From an uncultured Candidatus Saccharibacteria bacterium (GTDB lineage: Bacteria; Patescibacteriota; Dojkabacteria; SC72; WJKH01): 64,000 nucleotides of DNA. Positions within the stretch are counted from its first letter, which is position 1. Every line of letters begins with the position of its first letter. The position numbers and the translations under genes were made by a program. Below, piece after piece: positions 38,412 to 47,654 of this stretch. The stretch is taken from contig CAZRRH010000002.1 of assembly GCA_964602665.1 (NCBI GenBank), positions 62,171 to 126,170 of the forward strand, given 5' to 3'. The notes below the pieces were generated by a model. It saw only the letters and a list, made by a program, of their open reading frames with translations. It was not told where the DNA came from and did no database searches.

Positions 38412-39428
38412 ATGTCTAAAAACAAAAAGAAAAAAGCATTAATAACAGGCATTACAGGTCAAGATGGAGCTTATTTAGCGAAGTTTCTTTTAGCGAAAAA
38501 TTATGAAGTTATTGGTGGCGCGAGAAGAAGTGCTTCTGGAGAATTATGGCGACTTGATAAACTTGGAATAAAAGATAAGGTAAAAATAGTAGATTTTGAA
38601 CTTACAGACTTTAGAAATATGTATGATCTCATAAAAGATTTGCAACCTGACGAATTATATAATCTTGCCGCAATGAGCTTTGTTGGATCATCGTTTAAAG
38701 CCCCAATTTCGACATACATAACTAACGGCTTAAGTGTAGCATATATATGTGATATTATTAGCTCAATTTCGCCTAAAACGAAAATATATCAAGCATCTAC
38801 TTCTGAAATGTTTGGAAAAGTAAGAGAAATTCCACAGAAGGAAACGACACCCTTCTATCCAAGGAGTCCTTATGGTGTTTCAAAACTAAATGCTTATTGG
38901 GCTATTGTAAATTACCGAGAGGCTTATAATGTGTTCGGATGTAATGGGATACTGTTTAATCATGAATCACCGCTTCGTGGTTCAGAGTTTGTTACTAAGA
39001 AAATTGTTGAATATGTTGGAAGATATAAGAAGGGGCTTACCAAGAAGGCGTTAGAGCTTGGCAATATGCATAGTAAAAGAGATTGGGGTTTTGCTGGAGA
39101 TTATATCGAAGGAATGTATCTTATGTTACAGCAACAAAAAGCTGATGATTTTGTACTAGCAACTGGTGAAACACATGAGATCATTGAATTTGTTGAAGAG
39201 GCTTTTAAACTAATAGATGTAAATATCAAGTGGGAGGGAGAAGGAATAAATGAGATTGGTAAAAATGGAAAAGAGTTAATCGTTAAAGTTAATCCTGAAT
39301 TTTTCAGACCGGCAGAAGTTGATTTACTTATTGGAGACTTCTCTAAAGCAAAAAAGAGTTTAGGTTGGGAACCGAAAACAAAATTTAAGGAACTTGTTAA
39401 GTTAATGGTTGATGCGGAATTAAAGTAA
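38412..39428 (+). CDS. gmd: GDP-mannose 4,6-dehydratase
   Basis: Motifs ITGITGQDGAYLAKFLL, MSFVGSSF, YGVSKL and NHESPLRG. Confidence 0.85.
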   Translation: MSKNKKKKALITGITGQDGAYLAKFLLAKNYEVIGGARRSASGELWRLDKLGIKDKVKIVDFELTDFRNMYDLIKDLQPDELYNLAAMSFVGSSFKAPISTYITNGLSVAYICDIISSISPKTKIYQASTSEMFGKVREIPQKETTPFYPRSPYGVSKLNAYWAIVNYREAYNVFGCNGILFNHESPLRGSEFVTKKIVEYVGRYKKGLTKKALELGNMHSKRDWGFAGDYIEGMYLMLQQQKADDFVLATGETHEIIEFVEEAFKLIDVNIKWEGEGINEIGKNGKELIVKVNPEFFRPAEVDLLIGDFSKAKKSLGWEPKTKFKELVKLMVDAELK

Positions 39429-39443
39429 GTAAGGAATTTTTAT

Positions 39444-40382
39444 ATGAGAAAAAAAATAGACATAATATTACCTGTTCATAATGAAGAGGAAAATATCCCA
39501 TTAATTTATAAAGAAATTTTGGATCAAGTTAAATTTGTTAATAAAAAATATGATTTTGAGATTATATTTGTAAACGATGGAAGTACCGATAAAAGTACGG
39601 AAGAAATAAAAAAATTGGTAAAAAAGAATAGTAAGATCAAATATCTTGTTTTTTCAAGAAATTTTGGTCATCACGCAGCGTTAGAGGCTGGCATGAAATA
39701 TGCTAAAGGTAATGCGGTAATCATGATGGATGCGGATTTACAGCATCCACCTTCTAAAATTCTTGAAATGATTAAAAAATGGGAAGAAGGTTTTCAAATC
39801 GTTAATACGAAGAGAGAGAATACCGAGAAAATAGGTTTTTTGAAGAAAATAATGTCCGATGGTTTTTATTGGGTGATAAATAGAATATCCGATATCAAAA
39901 TTGAAAATGGATCAGCAGATTTTAGATTAATTGATCGAAAAGTTGTAGAAGTCTTGAATAAACTGCCTGAAAAAGAGAAATTTTATAGAGGTCTTATTAA
40001 CTGGGTGGGATTTAATACCGTTGTAATAAATTATAAAGTGAGGGCCAGAATACATGGTAAGCCATCATATTCTATGAAAAAAATGATAAATCTGGCAAGA
40101 ATTGGGATAACATCTTTCAGCATGTTACCAATGAAGATAATACTTTCTTTTGGTATTTTACTAAGCCTTTTTGGAGGGATATTCTTTGTAGTAACACTAA
40201 TAGGATATTTTTTCTGGGAGAATTTTTTTTCTGGATCTACAATACTGGGGTCATTTATTTTAATGAACACAGGATTTATTGTTATAATGCTTGGAATAAA
40301 TTCAACATATCTGCTAAAAGCATTAAAACAAGTTGAAAACAGACCAAGTTATATTATAATGGAAAGCAATATAAATGAATAA
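39444..40382 (+). CDS. GT2 polyprenyl-phosphate glycosyltransferase (GtrB/CsbB/DPM1-like) with C-terminal TM helices
   Basis: Motifs DIILPVHNEE, FVNDGSTD and MMDADLQH, with two C-terminal TM helices. Confidence 0.7.
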   Translation: MRKKIDIILPVHNEEENIPLIYKEILDQVKFVNKKYDFEIIFVNDGSTDKSTEEIKKLVKKNSKIKYLVFSRNFGHHAALEAGMKYAKGNAVIMMDADLQHPPSKILEMIKKWEEGFQIVNTKRENTEKIGFLKKIMSDGFYWVINRISDIKIENGSADFRLIDRKVVEVLNKLPEKEKFYRGLINWVGFNTVVINYKVRARIHGKPSYSMKKMINLARIGITSFSMLPMKIILSFGILLSLFGGIFFVVTLIGYFFWENFFSGSTILGSFILMNTGFIVIMLGINSTYLLKALKQVENRPSYIIMESNINE

Positions 40383-41559
40383 AATAGGTATAGTTTCAAC
40401 ATATCCATCAGAAGATTTTTCTGATATGAACGAAAGCGCAATGAGCTGGTACAGTAAAAAGCTTTTAGATACTGTTCCAAAAGAATTAAGAAAAAATTTT
40501 ATCGTTCTTGCGAATAAGGAAGAAAGCTTAACTTCTTATTATGATAATGAAGTAAAAATAGATAGGTGTTGGAGTAGAAAGTCGTTTTTCTTCTTTATTG
40601 ATTTAATAAAAGAAATTAAGAGAGAGAAAATAAAAACAGTTCATGTCCAGCATGAGTTTAATCTTTTTGGATCGTTAATATCAACACCTTTTGTTTTATT
40701 GACGCTCTTTTTTTTAAAACTTATCGGAACGAGAATTATCGTCACTTTTCATGGGGTAATAAGTAAGAAAATCATTAAAGATGATTTTAATAAAATAAAT
40801 CAAATTAGATACCCTAATTTTTTCTTGAAAATATGCTTCTTTATATTTTATTTTCTTTCAGGCATTTTTATAGATCAAATAATTGTTCATGAGGAAATAT
40901 TTAAAAAAATTTTGGTAAAAGAATATTTCTTTTCTAAAAAAAGAATTCAAATTATAAATATAGGAATAGAGAAAATACAGAAGATTGATAAAGAAGATCC
41001 GTTACTAAGAGAGTTAGGAGTGATAAAAGACAAAAAGAATCTCTTATATTTCGGCTTTCTTGCAGGATATAAAGGAATAGATCTTTTAATAGATAGCTTT
41101 AATTTGCTTAATCAAGATAAATATACACTTTTTATATGCGGTGGTAAGCCAAAAAGAGTTGAAGAAGATATAAAATACAATGCCTGGTACAATAGGGTTG
41201 AAGAAAAAATCAAGAAAAATAAAAACATTATTATGACAGGCTTTGTGCCTGAGAATGATATAATAAAATATTTCTCAGTAGCTGATTTGCTAATTATTCC
41301 TTATTTGCAAATGTTGTCTGCAAGTGGTCCAATGGCTTTGGCTATTAGTTATGGTTTGCCGTTCATTGCAAGTGAAGTGTTTTCTGAAATTTGGGGAGAA
41401 GAAATTTGTTTTAAACTAAACAAAAAAAGCTTAGCAGAAAAAATCGAATATTATTTCGAACACGGAAAAGATAATATAAATGATATCGTAATTAAAGCAA
41501 GAGAAGAAAGAGAATGGAAGAATTTATGGTTAAAATATCAACAAATTTATTTTAGATGA
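40375..41559 (+). CDS. GT-B (GT4-like) glycosyltransferase; module A gene 1
   Basis: The C-terminal half, FGFLAGYKGIDLLIDSF, fits Glycos_transf_1. It is a paralog of 54872..56041. Confidence 0.5.
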   Translation: MNKIGIVSTYPSEDFSDMNESAMSWYSKKLLDTVPKELRKNFIVLANKEESLTSYYDNEVKIDRCWSRKSFFFFIDLIKEIKREKIKTVHVQHEFNLFGSLISTPFVLLTLFFLKLIGTRIIVTFHGVISKKIIKDDFNKINQIRYPNFFLKICFFIFYFLSGIFIDQIIVHEEIFKKILVKEYFFSKKRIQIINIGIEKIQKIDKEDPLLRELGVIKDKKNLLYFGFLAGYKGIDLLIDSFNLLNQDKYTLFICGGKPKRVEEDIKYNAWYNRVEEKIKKNKNIIMTGFVPENDIIKYFSVADLLIIPYLQMLSASGPMALAISYGLPFIASEVFSEIWGEEICFKLNKKSLAEKIEYYFEHGKDNINDIVIKAREEREWKNLWLKYQQIYFR

Positions 41560-42737
41560 AGATTCTTTTAGGAGTTCCTGAGTATCCTCCTTACAATGTA
41601 GGGGGAGGGGGGATAGTGTTTAAAAACTTAGCGGAACAATATAGGCAGAAAGGGCATGAAGTGGTTGTAGTTTATGGCTTTTATCCAACCAAGTCTATTT
41701 TTGCTAGCGTTTTAGAGTTTAAAGATGAAAATGGGATTCATTTTTATCAGATACCTGAGATACCTTATCCCAAGAAATTGCCTTTTTTAAGAACAGTTAT
41801 GCCACCAAATTTATCCGGATTTATAGCCATGTGGAAGATTTTGGGCTTAGAGAAACCGGATGTTGCACATTTACATGGATATGGGCTATTTATTGTTAAT
41901 TTAATGTCCGTTATGTTAAAGTTAAAAAAAATTAAATATGTCTTAACGATACATGGGTATCCTGAAACGCAGAAAAAAAGTGCTCCTTTGGTAAAATTAA
42001 TTTGGGGAATTTTCGATAAAACTTTAAATTATTTCTTGATTAAAAATGCTTCAAAAATTACTGCGGTAAGTAAATTTATTTTAAATGATTCAAGAAATAA
42101 ATTTAAACAAAAATCCATAGTGATTTATAATGGGTTTGATTACTATTCTTACAATAAAGTAAATAAGAAGTATGACATAAGAAATAAACACAAACTTAAG
42201 AAAGACGATTTCATAATTCTCTCTATTGGGCGAATTACTGAAATGAAAGGATTTCAATTAGTTGTGAAAAAAATTCCGGATCTTATAAAAAATGGTTTTA
42301 AACCAATATATATGATAATGGGAGAAGATGACGGATACAAAGCTGAATTACAGAGAATAATTTCTAAAGAGAAACTTGTTGATAATGTTCTTTTTTTAGG
42401 TTACATGAATATTGATGATAAAAAACAGTATTTAGAGCAATGTGATATATTCGCTGCTACATCAATTTGGGAGCCATTTGGACTTATTGCTCTTGAAGCA
42501 ATTTTTTTTAATAAAATAATATGGACTACCAACATAGGAGGTTTGAAAGAGATTCTAAAAGAGTACAAGAAAAAAATATTATTTACTACCAAAACCAATG
42601 AATTTATGAATAAAATAAATTTAAGCAAAAAAATAAAGGATGATTTTAATTTAGATCAATATTGGTGGGATAATATAACTTTAACATATCTAGAAACTCT
42701 TAATGAAATCAAAGAAGATTTTAATAATAACAAATGA
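41556..42737 (+). CDS. GT4 glycosyltransferase; module A gene 2
   Basis: The N-terminus is MKILLGVPEYPPYNVGGGG. Other motifs are GRITEMKGFQLV and EPFGLIALEA. About 60% identical to 56016..57149. Confidence 0.7.
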   Translation: MKILLGVPEYPPYNVGGGGIVFKNLAEQYRQKGHEVVVVYGFYPTKSIFASVLEFKDENGIHFYQIPEIPYPKKLPFLRTVMPPNLSGFIAMWKILGLEKPDVAHLHGYGLFIVNLMSVMLKLKKIKYVLTIHGYPETQKKSAPLVKLIWGIFDKTLNYFLIKNASKITAVSKFILNDSRNKFKQKSIVIYNGFDYYSYNKVNKKYDIRNKHKLKKDDFIILSIGRITEMKGFQLVVKKIPDLIKNGFKPIYMIMGEDDGYKAELQRIISKEKLVDNVLFLGYMNIDDKKQYLEQCDIFAATSIWEPFGLIALEAIFFNKIIWTTNIGGLKEILKEYKKKILFTTKTNEFMNKINLSKKIKDDFNLDQYWWDNITLTYLETLNEIKEDFNNNK

Positions 42738-43518
42738 CTTGTATGCAAAAATAAAAGCATCAATTTGGTTAATAAGAAAAATCGGTTTGTTTAAATTCGT
42801 TATGATTTTTGGAGGAATATTGTTGCAAATAAAACGAAAGATCATTACAGTTTTTGATTTTCGCGGAGAAAAAATCTCTATGCAGATAGATTCCTTAAGA
42901 ACGGACATATCGATGTTAACAGAATGTTTTTATTTTGAATCATATTTACATGAAAAATTATCAATTGGGAAAAACGGTCTTATAATTGATGCTGGTGGTT
43001 ATAAGGGAGATAGTACAGTTTACTTATCAAAGATGTACCCTCTTGCAAGATTTGTTGTTTTAGAAGCTAACTCATCTCTTATTGATTATATAAAGACGAA
43101 TTTAGAATTAAATAAGATAAAAAGATACAAAATTATTAATAAGGCACTGTGTGACTTTAAGGGGACAATAAAATTTAAAATTAATGATAACCTTCAATAT
43201 TCAAGAGGAAGTAATGATGGAGAAACTTTTGTTGAGACAATTACTATAGAAGATATAAACAATCAGTTCGGCAGAATTTCTCTTTTAAAACTAGATATTG
43301 AGGGAGCCGAAGAAGATGTTTTAGTTCGTTCTAATTTGTCAAAAGTTGATGCAATAATAATGGAGGCTCACAACGATAGAATTAATCTATGGAGAATAAT
43401 AAAAAAGCTTAGGAAAGAGGGATTTAAAAAAATTAAGTTGAAGAATAGTAATCTGAAACTGCTGAATTTAGAAGATGAAAATGCTATTGTGTTTTTTGTA
43501 AAAGAGCATACAAAGTAA
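42703..43518 (+). CDS. FkbM-family SAM-dependent methyltransferase
   Basis: The pattern IIDAGGYKGDSTVYL...FVVLEANSSLIDYIKTNLELN...GTIKFKIND is FkbM-like. Confidence 0.55.
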   Translation: MKSKKILIITNDLYAKIKASIWLIRKIGLFKFVMIFGGILLQIKRKIITVFDFRGEKISMQIDSLRTDISMLTECFYFESYLHEKLSIGKNGLIIDAGGYKGDSTVYLSKMYPLARFVVLEANSSLIDYIKTNLELNKIKRYKIINKALCDFKGTIKFKINDNLQYSRGSNDGETFVETITIEDINNQFGRISLLKLDIEGAEEDVLVRSNLSKVDAIIMEAHNDRINLWRIIKKLRKEGFKKIKLKNSNLKLLNLEDENAIVFFVKEHTK

Positions 43519-43566
43519 AAACATTAAAATGGATAGTAGATATTAATTTATTAATTTTGTAATAAA

Positions 43567-44658
43567 ATGATAAAACAGAAAATGGCTGTTTGTATTACTG
43601 CATACGAGCCGGGCGGACAATCGGTAGTAGTGGAAGAAACGACTAAAAGATTTGCTAAATTTTATGATATTGATTTATACTGCGTTGGTGCGTCAAAACC
43701 TAAGCCTGCGTGGATAGACAATTTATACCTAGTTAAGCCGTGGGTACATAAGTATATTCCAATAATCAATAAGCAGTTTATAAATGATATAAAATCTCGT
43801 AATTATGCGCTTATACATTGTCACGATTCGCTTCCCTTCTTAAACGCATTCTACAAAAACGGTATAAAATATATGGTAACTTGTCTTGGTAACACAGATT
43901 GGCAGTATAGAGATGGATTAGTATCAAAAATAGATGGTATTGCGAGTTTACTATTTTATGGTAGAGGATACAAAGAAGCTGTTAAAGTTATATCTATAAG
44001 CAAATACTTGCAAGAATGGCTTAAAAAGACTTATAAAGTTGAATCACAAGTAATAGATCTTGGTGCCAATACAGACAGATTTCACCCTACGCAAAAAGCA
44101 AATTGGAGAGACAAAAGATTTATTTACTTTGGACAAATATCTTATCGCAAAGGCATTTTAGATCTTATTGAAATGTCTAGATTAATAAAAGATAAACATC
44201 CAGATTTTGTGCTTGAAATATATGGATTTGGCAAAGAAGAGTTTATGGAGAAAGTCCGAAATTTAATAAAAAAGCACAAACTAGAAAAAAATGTAAATTT
44301 AATCGGCTTTATAAAAGATGAGGAGCAAAATAGTAAGTATAACAGTGCTTTAGGTGTTATATCAGCTTCTTATTGGGAAGGATTTGGGTTGCCAATAATC
44401 GAGGCGTATAGATGTAACAGGCCAATCTTTGTTAGAAACAGAACCGCCATGAAAGATCTTGTAATTGATGAGAGATTTCGATTTGATGATGTTGATCAGC
44501 TTGTTGGGAAACTAGATTATTTTCTTTCAAATGAGAAAGAGTTTAGAGATATTGATTGGACAACTAAGCTTGATAGTGAAAAGTTCAGTTGGGATTTTAA
44601 CGCAAAAAAATACTTAAATTTATTTAAAAAAAAATATGATTATAGGGCAGAATTTTAA
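43567..44658 (+). CDS. GT4 glycosyltransferase; module A gene 3, with a 999-bp core identical to 57149..58240
   Basis: Motifs GQISYRKGILDLIE and EGFGLPIIEA. Bases 43603-44601 are identical to 57182-58180. Confidence 0.7.
   Translation: MIKQKMAVCITAYEPGGQSVVVEETTKRFAKFYDIDLYCVGASKPKPAWIDNLYLVKPWVHKYIPIINKQFINDIKSRNYALIHCHDSLPFLNAFYKNGIKYMVTCLGNTDWQYRDGLVSKIDGIASLLFYGRGYKEAVKVISISKYLQEWLKKTYKVESQVIDLGANTDRFHPTQKANWRDKRFIYFGQISYRKGILDLIEMSRLIKDKHPDFVLEIYGFGKEEFMEKVRNLIKKHKLEKNVNLIGFIKDEEQNSKYNSALGVISASYWEGFGLPIIEAYRCNRPIFVRNRTAMKDLVIDERFRFDDVDQLVGKLDYFLSNEKEFRDIDWTTKLDSEKFSWDFNAKKYLNLFKKKYDYRAEF
43603..44601 (+). repeat. 999-bp exact dispersed repeat, copy A (copy B is 57182-58180)
   Basis: The two tracts were compared directly. 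Identity starts and stops abruptly inside the two GT4 ORFs. Confidence 0.8.
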
Positions 44659-45343
44659 ACAAAATGTTACGACGGAAAAATCTCTTAGAGATGGGTATGA
44701 TAAAGTTTATGCTGAAGAAATAATGAAATTGGATGAGGATAAATTTTATAACTATATAGCAAAATTAGCAAAAAAATACTCAAATAACGGAAGTTTACTT
44801 GATATATCGTGCGGGTTAGGCCAATTGACAAACTTCTCTAGGGAACTTGGATTTGATGCTTATGGTATAGATATATCAAATGAAGCGATAAACAAAGCAA
44901 AAAGGAATTATCCTGATTGTAAATTTAATATTGGAAATTCGGAAAGATTACCATTTGAGAATGAAACGTTTGATATTGTTACAAATATGGGTTCTTTAGA
45001 ACATTATATTGATATGGAAAAGGCAATAAAAGAATCTGCTCGTGTTCTGAAGAAAAAGGGTTTTGCATTGTATATGTTGCCAAATCAATATTTTTTGCCA
45101 GATTTCTTCAAGGTTTTTTTACTTGGTGATCCAAATAATAAGCTTCAGCCAATTGAACGATTTGCCTCAAAAAATGAATGGAAGGGCTTACTTGAAAACA
45201 ACGGATTAAAAGTTGTTAAAATCTTAAGGTATAATCAAAAGTTTAGAGGCAAAGGATTTTTAGGTTTTATTTATAATGTGATCGAAAAGATAATTCCTTT
45301 TAATCTGTCTTGGCATTTTATATATATATGTAACCGAGCATAG
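44636..45343 (+). CDS. class I SAM-dependent methyltransferase (Methyltransf_11-like)
   Basis: SAM motif LLDISCGLGQL, then FDIVTNMGSLEH. Confidence 0.65.
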   Translation: MIIGQNFKQNVTTEKSLRDGYDKVYAEEIMKLDEDKFYNYIAKLAKKYSNNGSLLDISCGLGQLTNFSRELGFDAYGIDISNEAINKAKRNYPDCKFNIGNSERLPFENETFDIVTNMGSLEHYIDMEKAIKESARVLKKKGFALYMLPNQYFLPDFFKVFLLGDPNNKLQPIERFASKNEWKGLLENNGLKVVKILRYNQKFRGKGFLGFIYNVIEKIIPFNLSWHFIYICNRA

Positions 45344-45389
45344 GTTAAATGGTTATCATCTGTGAGGAACGAAGCAAATTGAAAGAATC

Positions 45390-47654
45390 ATGAAAAGATC
45401 TCTTTATATTATATATACGGTTTTTTTTATAATATTTTTTATCTTGCCATTGTTTTATCTTTTTTGGAAAAATAAGGGCTCTTCTATTCTTGGGCTTGAT
45501 TTGATAAATTATTATAATCCTGAAAAGAATCTCAAAGAAATTTTTTATATGTGGATTGAGAACGGCGGGAATGGATTTGGGTTTTATTTACCTATAAGAA
45601 TATTTGAAATTTTGAATGTCTCGATAAGCGTTTTTTTAAAGAAGTTGGGGGTTTCATTTAATGCTTGGTATAAAATATATTATTTTTTATCATTGATAAT
45701 TGGATATATTGGAATTTTTAAGCTTCTTAGTATGTTTTATAGAACAAAGATCATGTCTATTAAATTATTACTCGTTTCATATATATATATATTAAATCCA
45801 TTTACTTTAATAATAATTTATAACCCCGTTCCTTACTTTATAAATTTTATGGCTTTAACTCCATGGATTGCCTTTTTTTATATTCGAATTATTCGTGATC
45901 CTAACAGTAAAAGCTTATTATTGTTTTTAGCACTTAGTATTTTCTTAAATGTGGCATTTGCAAATTTAGCCTTCTTGGCTACATTAGTAATTCTCTTATT
46001 GATAATTAGCGTATTAGAAATAAAGAATATTTATAAAAATAGGAAAATACTTACTATTTATTTAATTATAATTTTTCTATTCAACTCATATTGGACTTTG
46101 AACTTAGGTCATTTTTATATTTTTAATAGAACAGACTTATTTGAAAGTGAGATAAACATTATTAAAACGGTCTTTGATATTGAGTCGATAAGTAAGTATG
46201 CTAAACTATCTAATATTTATCGTGGAATCGGAGGTTGGGATTTTTTTAATTCTCCTTTTGGTAAGCCATCGATAAGCTTCTCCTCGTTTTATAAGCAAGT
46301 TGTGCCAAGTATTTTGTTGTTTTTAAATCTGGTGCCTTTTCTAATGATTATTATTGACAAGAAGCATCAAGGTAGAAAAAGCATAATCATGGGTTCGTAC
46401 TTGCTAATAATATTTATGATATCTTATGGATTAGATAGTCTATGGTTTAAATCTGGAATTGTTAAGTCTGGTTTATATATGTTTAGAGATACTTTTAGTA
46501 AATTTGGAATGCTAATTCCATTTTTAATGACTATTTCTTGGTGTGAAACGATTAAGAGTAGCGGAAAAACAGCAATTTTTTTTCTTAGCCTTGCCATGCT
46601 TATAAATTCATATCCTCATTTAACAGGACAATTTATTAATAACGACTATTACTCTAATTATCCAAATGAATATAAGATTATTGGCAAAATAATCGATGAA
46701 GATTTTTCGTCAAATAGAGCTCTAAAGGTTCCAATCCCGACTTTTATTGCCATAGGAGAGAAAAATGATACATTGGCATGGGATTATTGGGGACCAGCTT
46801 TTTTATATGAGTTCACTGAAAAAAGGACGATAGAGATTCCTTCAAGAGCTGTTAATCGTTACTCAGATAAATACATGGAGAATTTCGTTGAAAATATAAA
46901 TGAAGAATATTTTTGTGAAAACTTAGATGAGATAAACATAAAACATATTCTTTTCAATAATAATTATTATGACTATTTATCTCCGAATGATAATGAAAAG
47001 ATTAAAGATAAATATTTTAAGATAGTAAATTCTTGTCAAAAGCTGGAACTTGTTTATGAAAGTAATGGTTATTACCTTTTCATAAACAAGGATGATTTAA
47101 GAGCAATTATTGATGGGAAAAACTTGTCTTTCCATAAAAATAATCCTACAAAATATAGTTTAAAAGTAGATAAAATAAAAGATAAGTTAAAGATAAACTT
47201 TTATGATTCATTTGATTATAATTGGCAATTGTATTTAAAAAGTAATAAAGAGTTTGCATCTGAAATGTTTTTAAATGCAGAAAAAAAACATATTGGCAAT
47301 TCAATAGAATATATTTCTAAAGATAAATTTGCTTTTAAGCTTACTGATCTCTCATACCTTTGGCGTAAGCCAATATTTGAAGATACGCATGAACTAGTAT
47401 ATGACTATGCAAACGGGTGGACAATAGATCCTGAGTACATAAAAGCAAACTATCCACCAGAATATTACCACGAGAACCCAGATGGCTCAATAGACATACA
47501 GTTGACCCTGTACTTTAAACCCCAGTCATACTTTTATCTTGGCATAATAATCTCCGTCACGACATTTACAGGATGTATAATATACCTAATAATAGACACA
47601 ATTAAAACTAAACGGCGCAAAAAAGATACAAATGAACCTCAAAACAAAAAGTAA
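45390..47654 (+). CDS. YfhO-like GT-C fold membrane glycosyltransferase (N-terminal polytopic domain, C-terminal extracytoplasmic domain, terminal TM)
   Basis: 754 aa with about 12 N-terminal TM helices, a roughly 300-aa soluble C-terminal domain and a final TM helix. It has the same architecture and C-terminal motif (GWxIDP...LTLYFxPQ) as its neighbour at 47632. Confidence 0.45.
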   Translation: MKRSLYIIYTVFFIIFFILPLFYLFWKNKGSSILGLDLINYYNPEKNLKEIFYMWIENGGNGFGFYLPIRIFEILNVSISVFLKKLGVSFNAWYKIYYFLSLIIGYIGIFKLLSMFYRTKIMSIKLLLVSYIYILNPFTLIIIYNPVPYFINFMALTPWIAFFYIRIIRDPNSKSLLLFLALSIFLNVAFANLAFLATLVILLLIISVLEIKNIYKNRKILTIYLIIIFLFNSYWTLNLGHFYIFNRTDLFESEINIIKTVFDIESISKYAKLSNIYRGIGGWDFFNSPFGKPSISFSSFYKQVVPSILLFLNLVPFLMIIIDKKHQGRKSIIMGSYLLIIFMISYGLDSLWFKSGIVKSGLYMFRDTFSKFGMLIPFLMTISWCETIKSSGKTAIFFLSLAMLINSYPHLTGQFINNDYYSNYPNEYKIIGKIIDEDFSSNRALKVPIPTFIAIGEKNDTLAWDYWGPAFLYEFTEKRTIEIPSRAVNRYSDKYMENFVENINEEYFCENLDEINIKHILFNNNYYDYLSPNDNEKIKDKYFKIVNSCQKLELVYESNGYYLFINKDDLRAIIDGKNLSFHKNNPTKYSLKVDKIKDKLKINFYDSFDYNWQLYLKSNKEFASEMFLNAEKKHIGNSIEYISKDKFAFKLTDLSYLWRKPIFEDTHELVYDYANGWTIDPEYIKANYPPEYYHENPDGSIDIQLTLYFKPQSYFYLGIIISVTTFTGCIIYLIIDTIKTKRRKKDTNEPQNKK

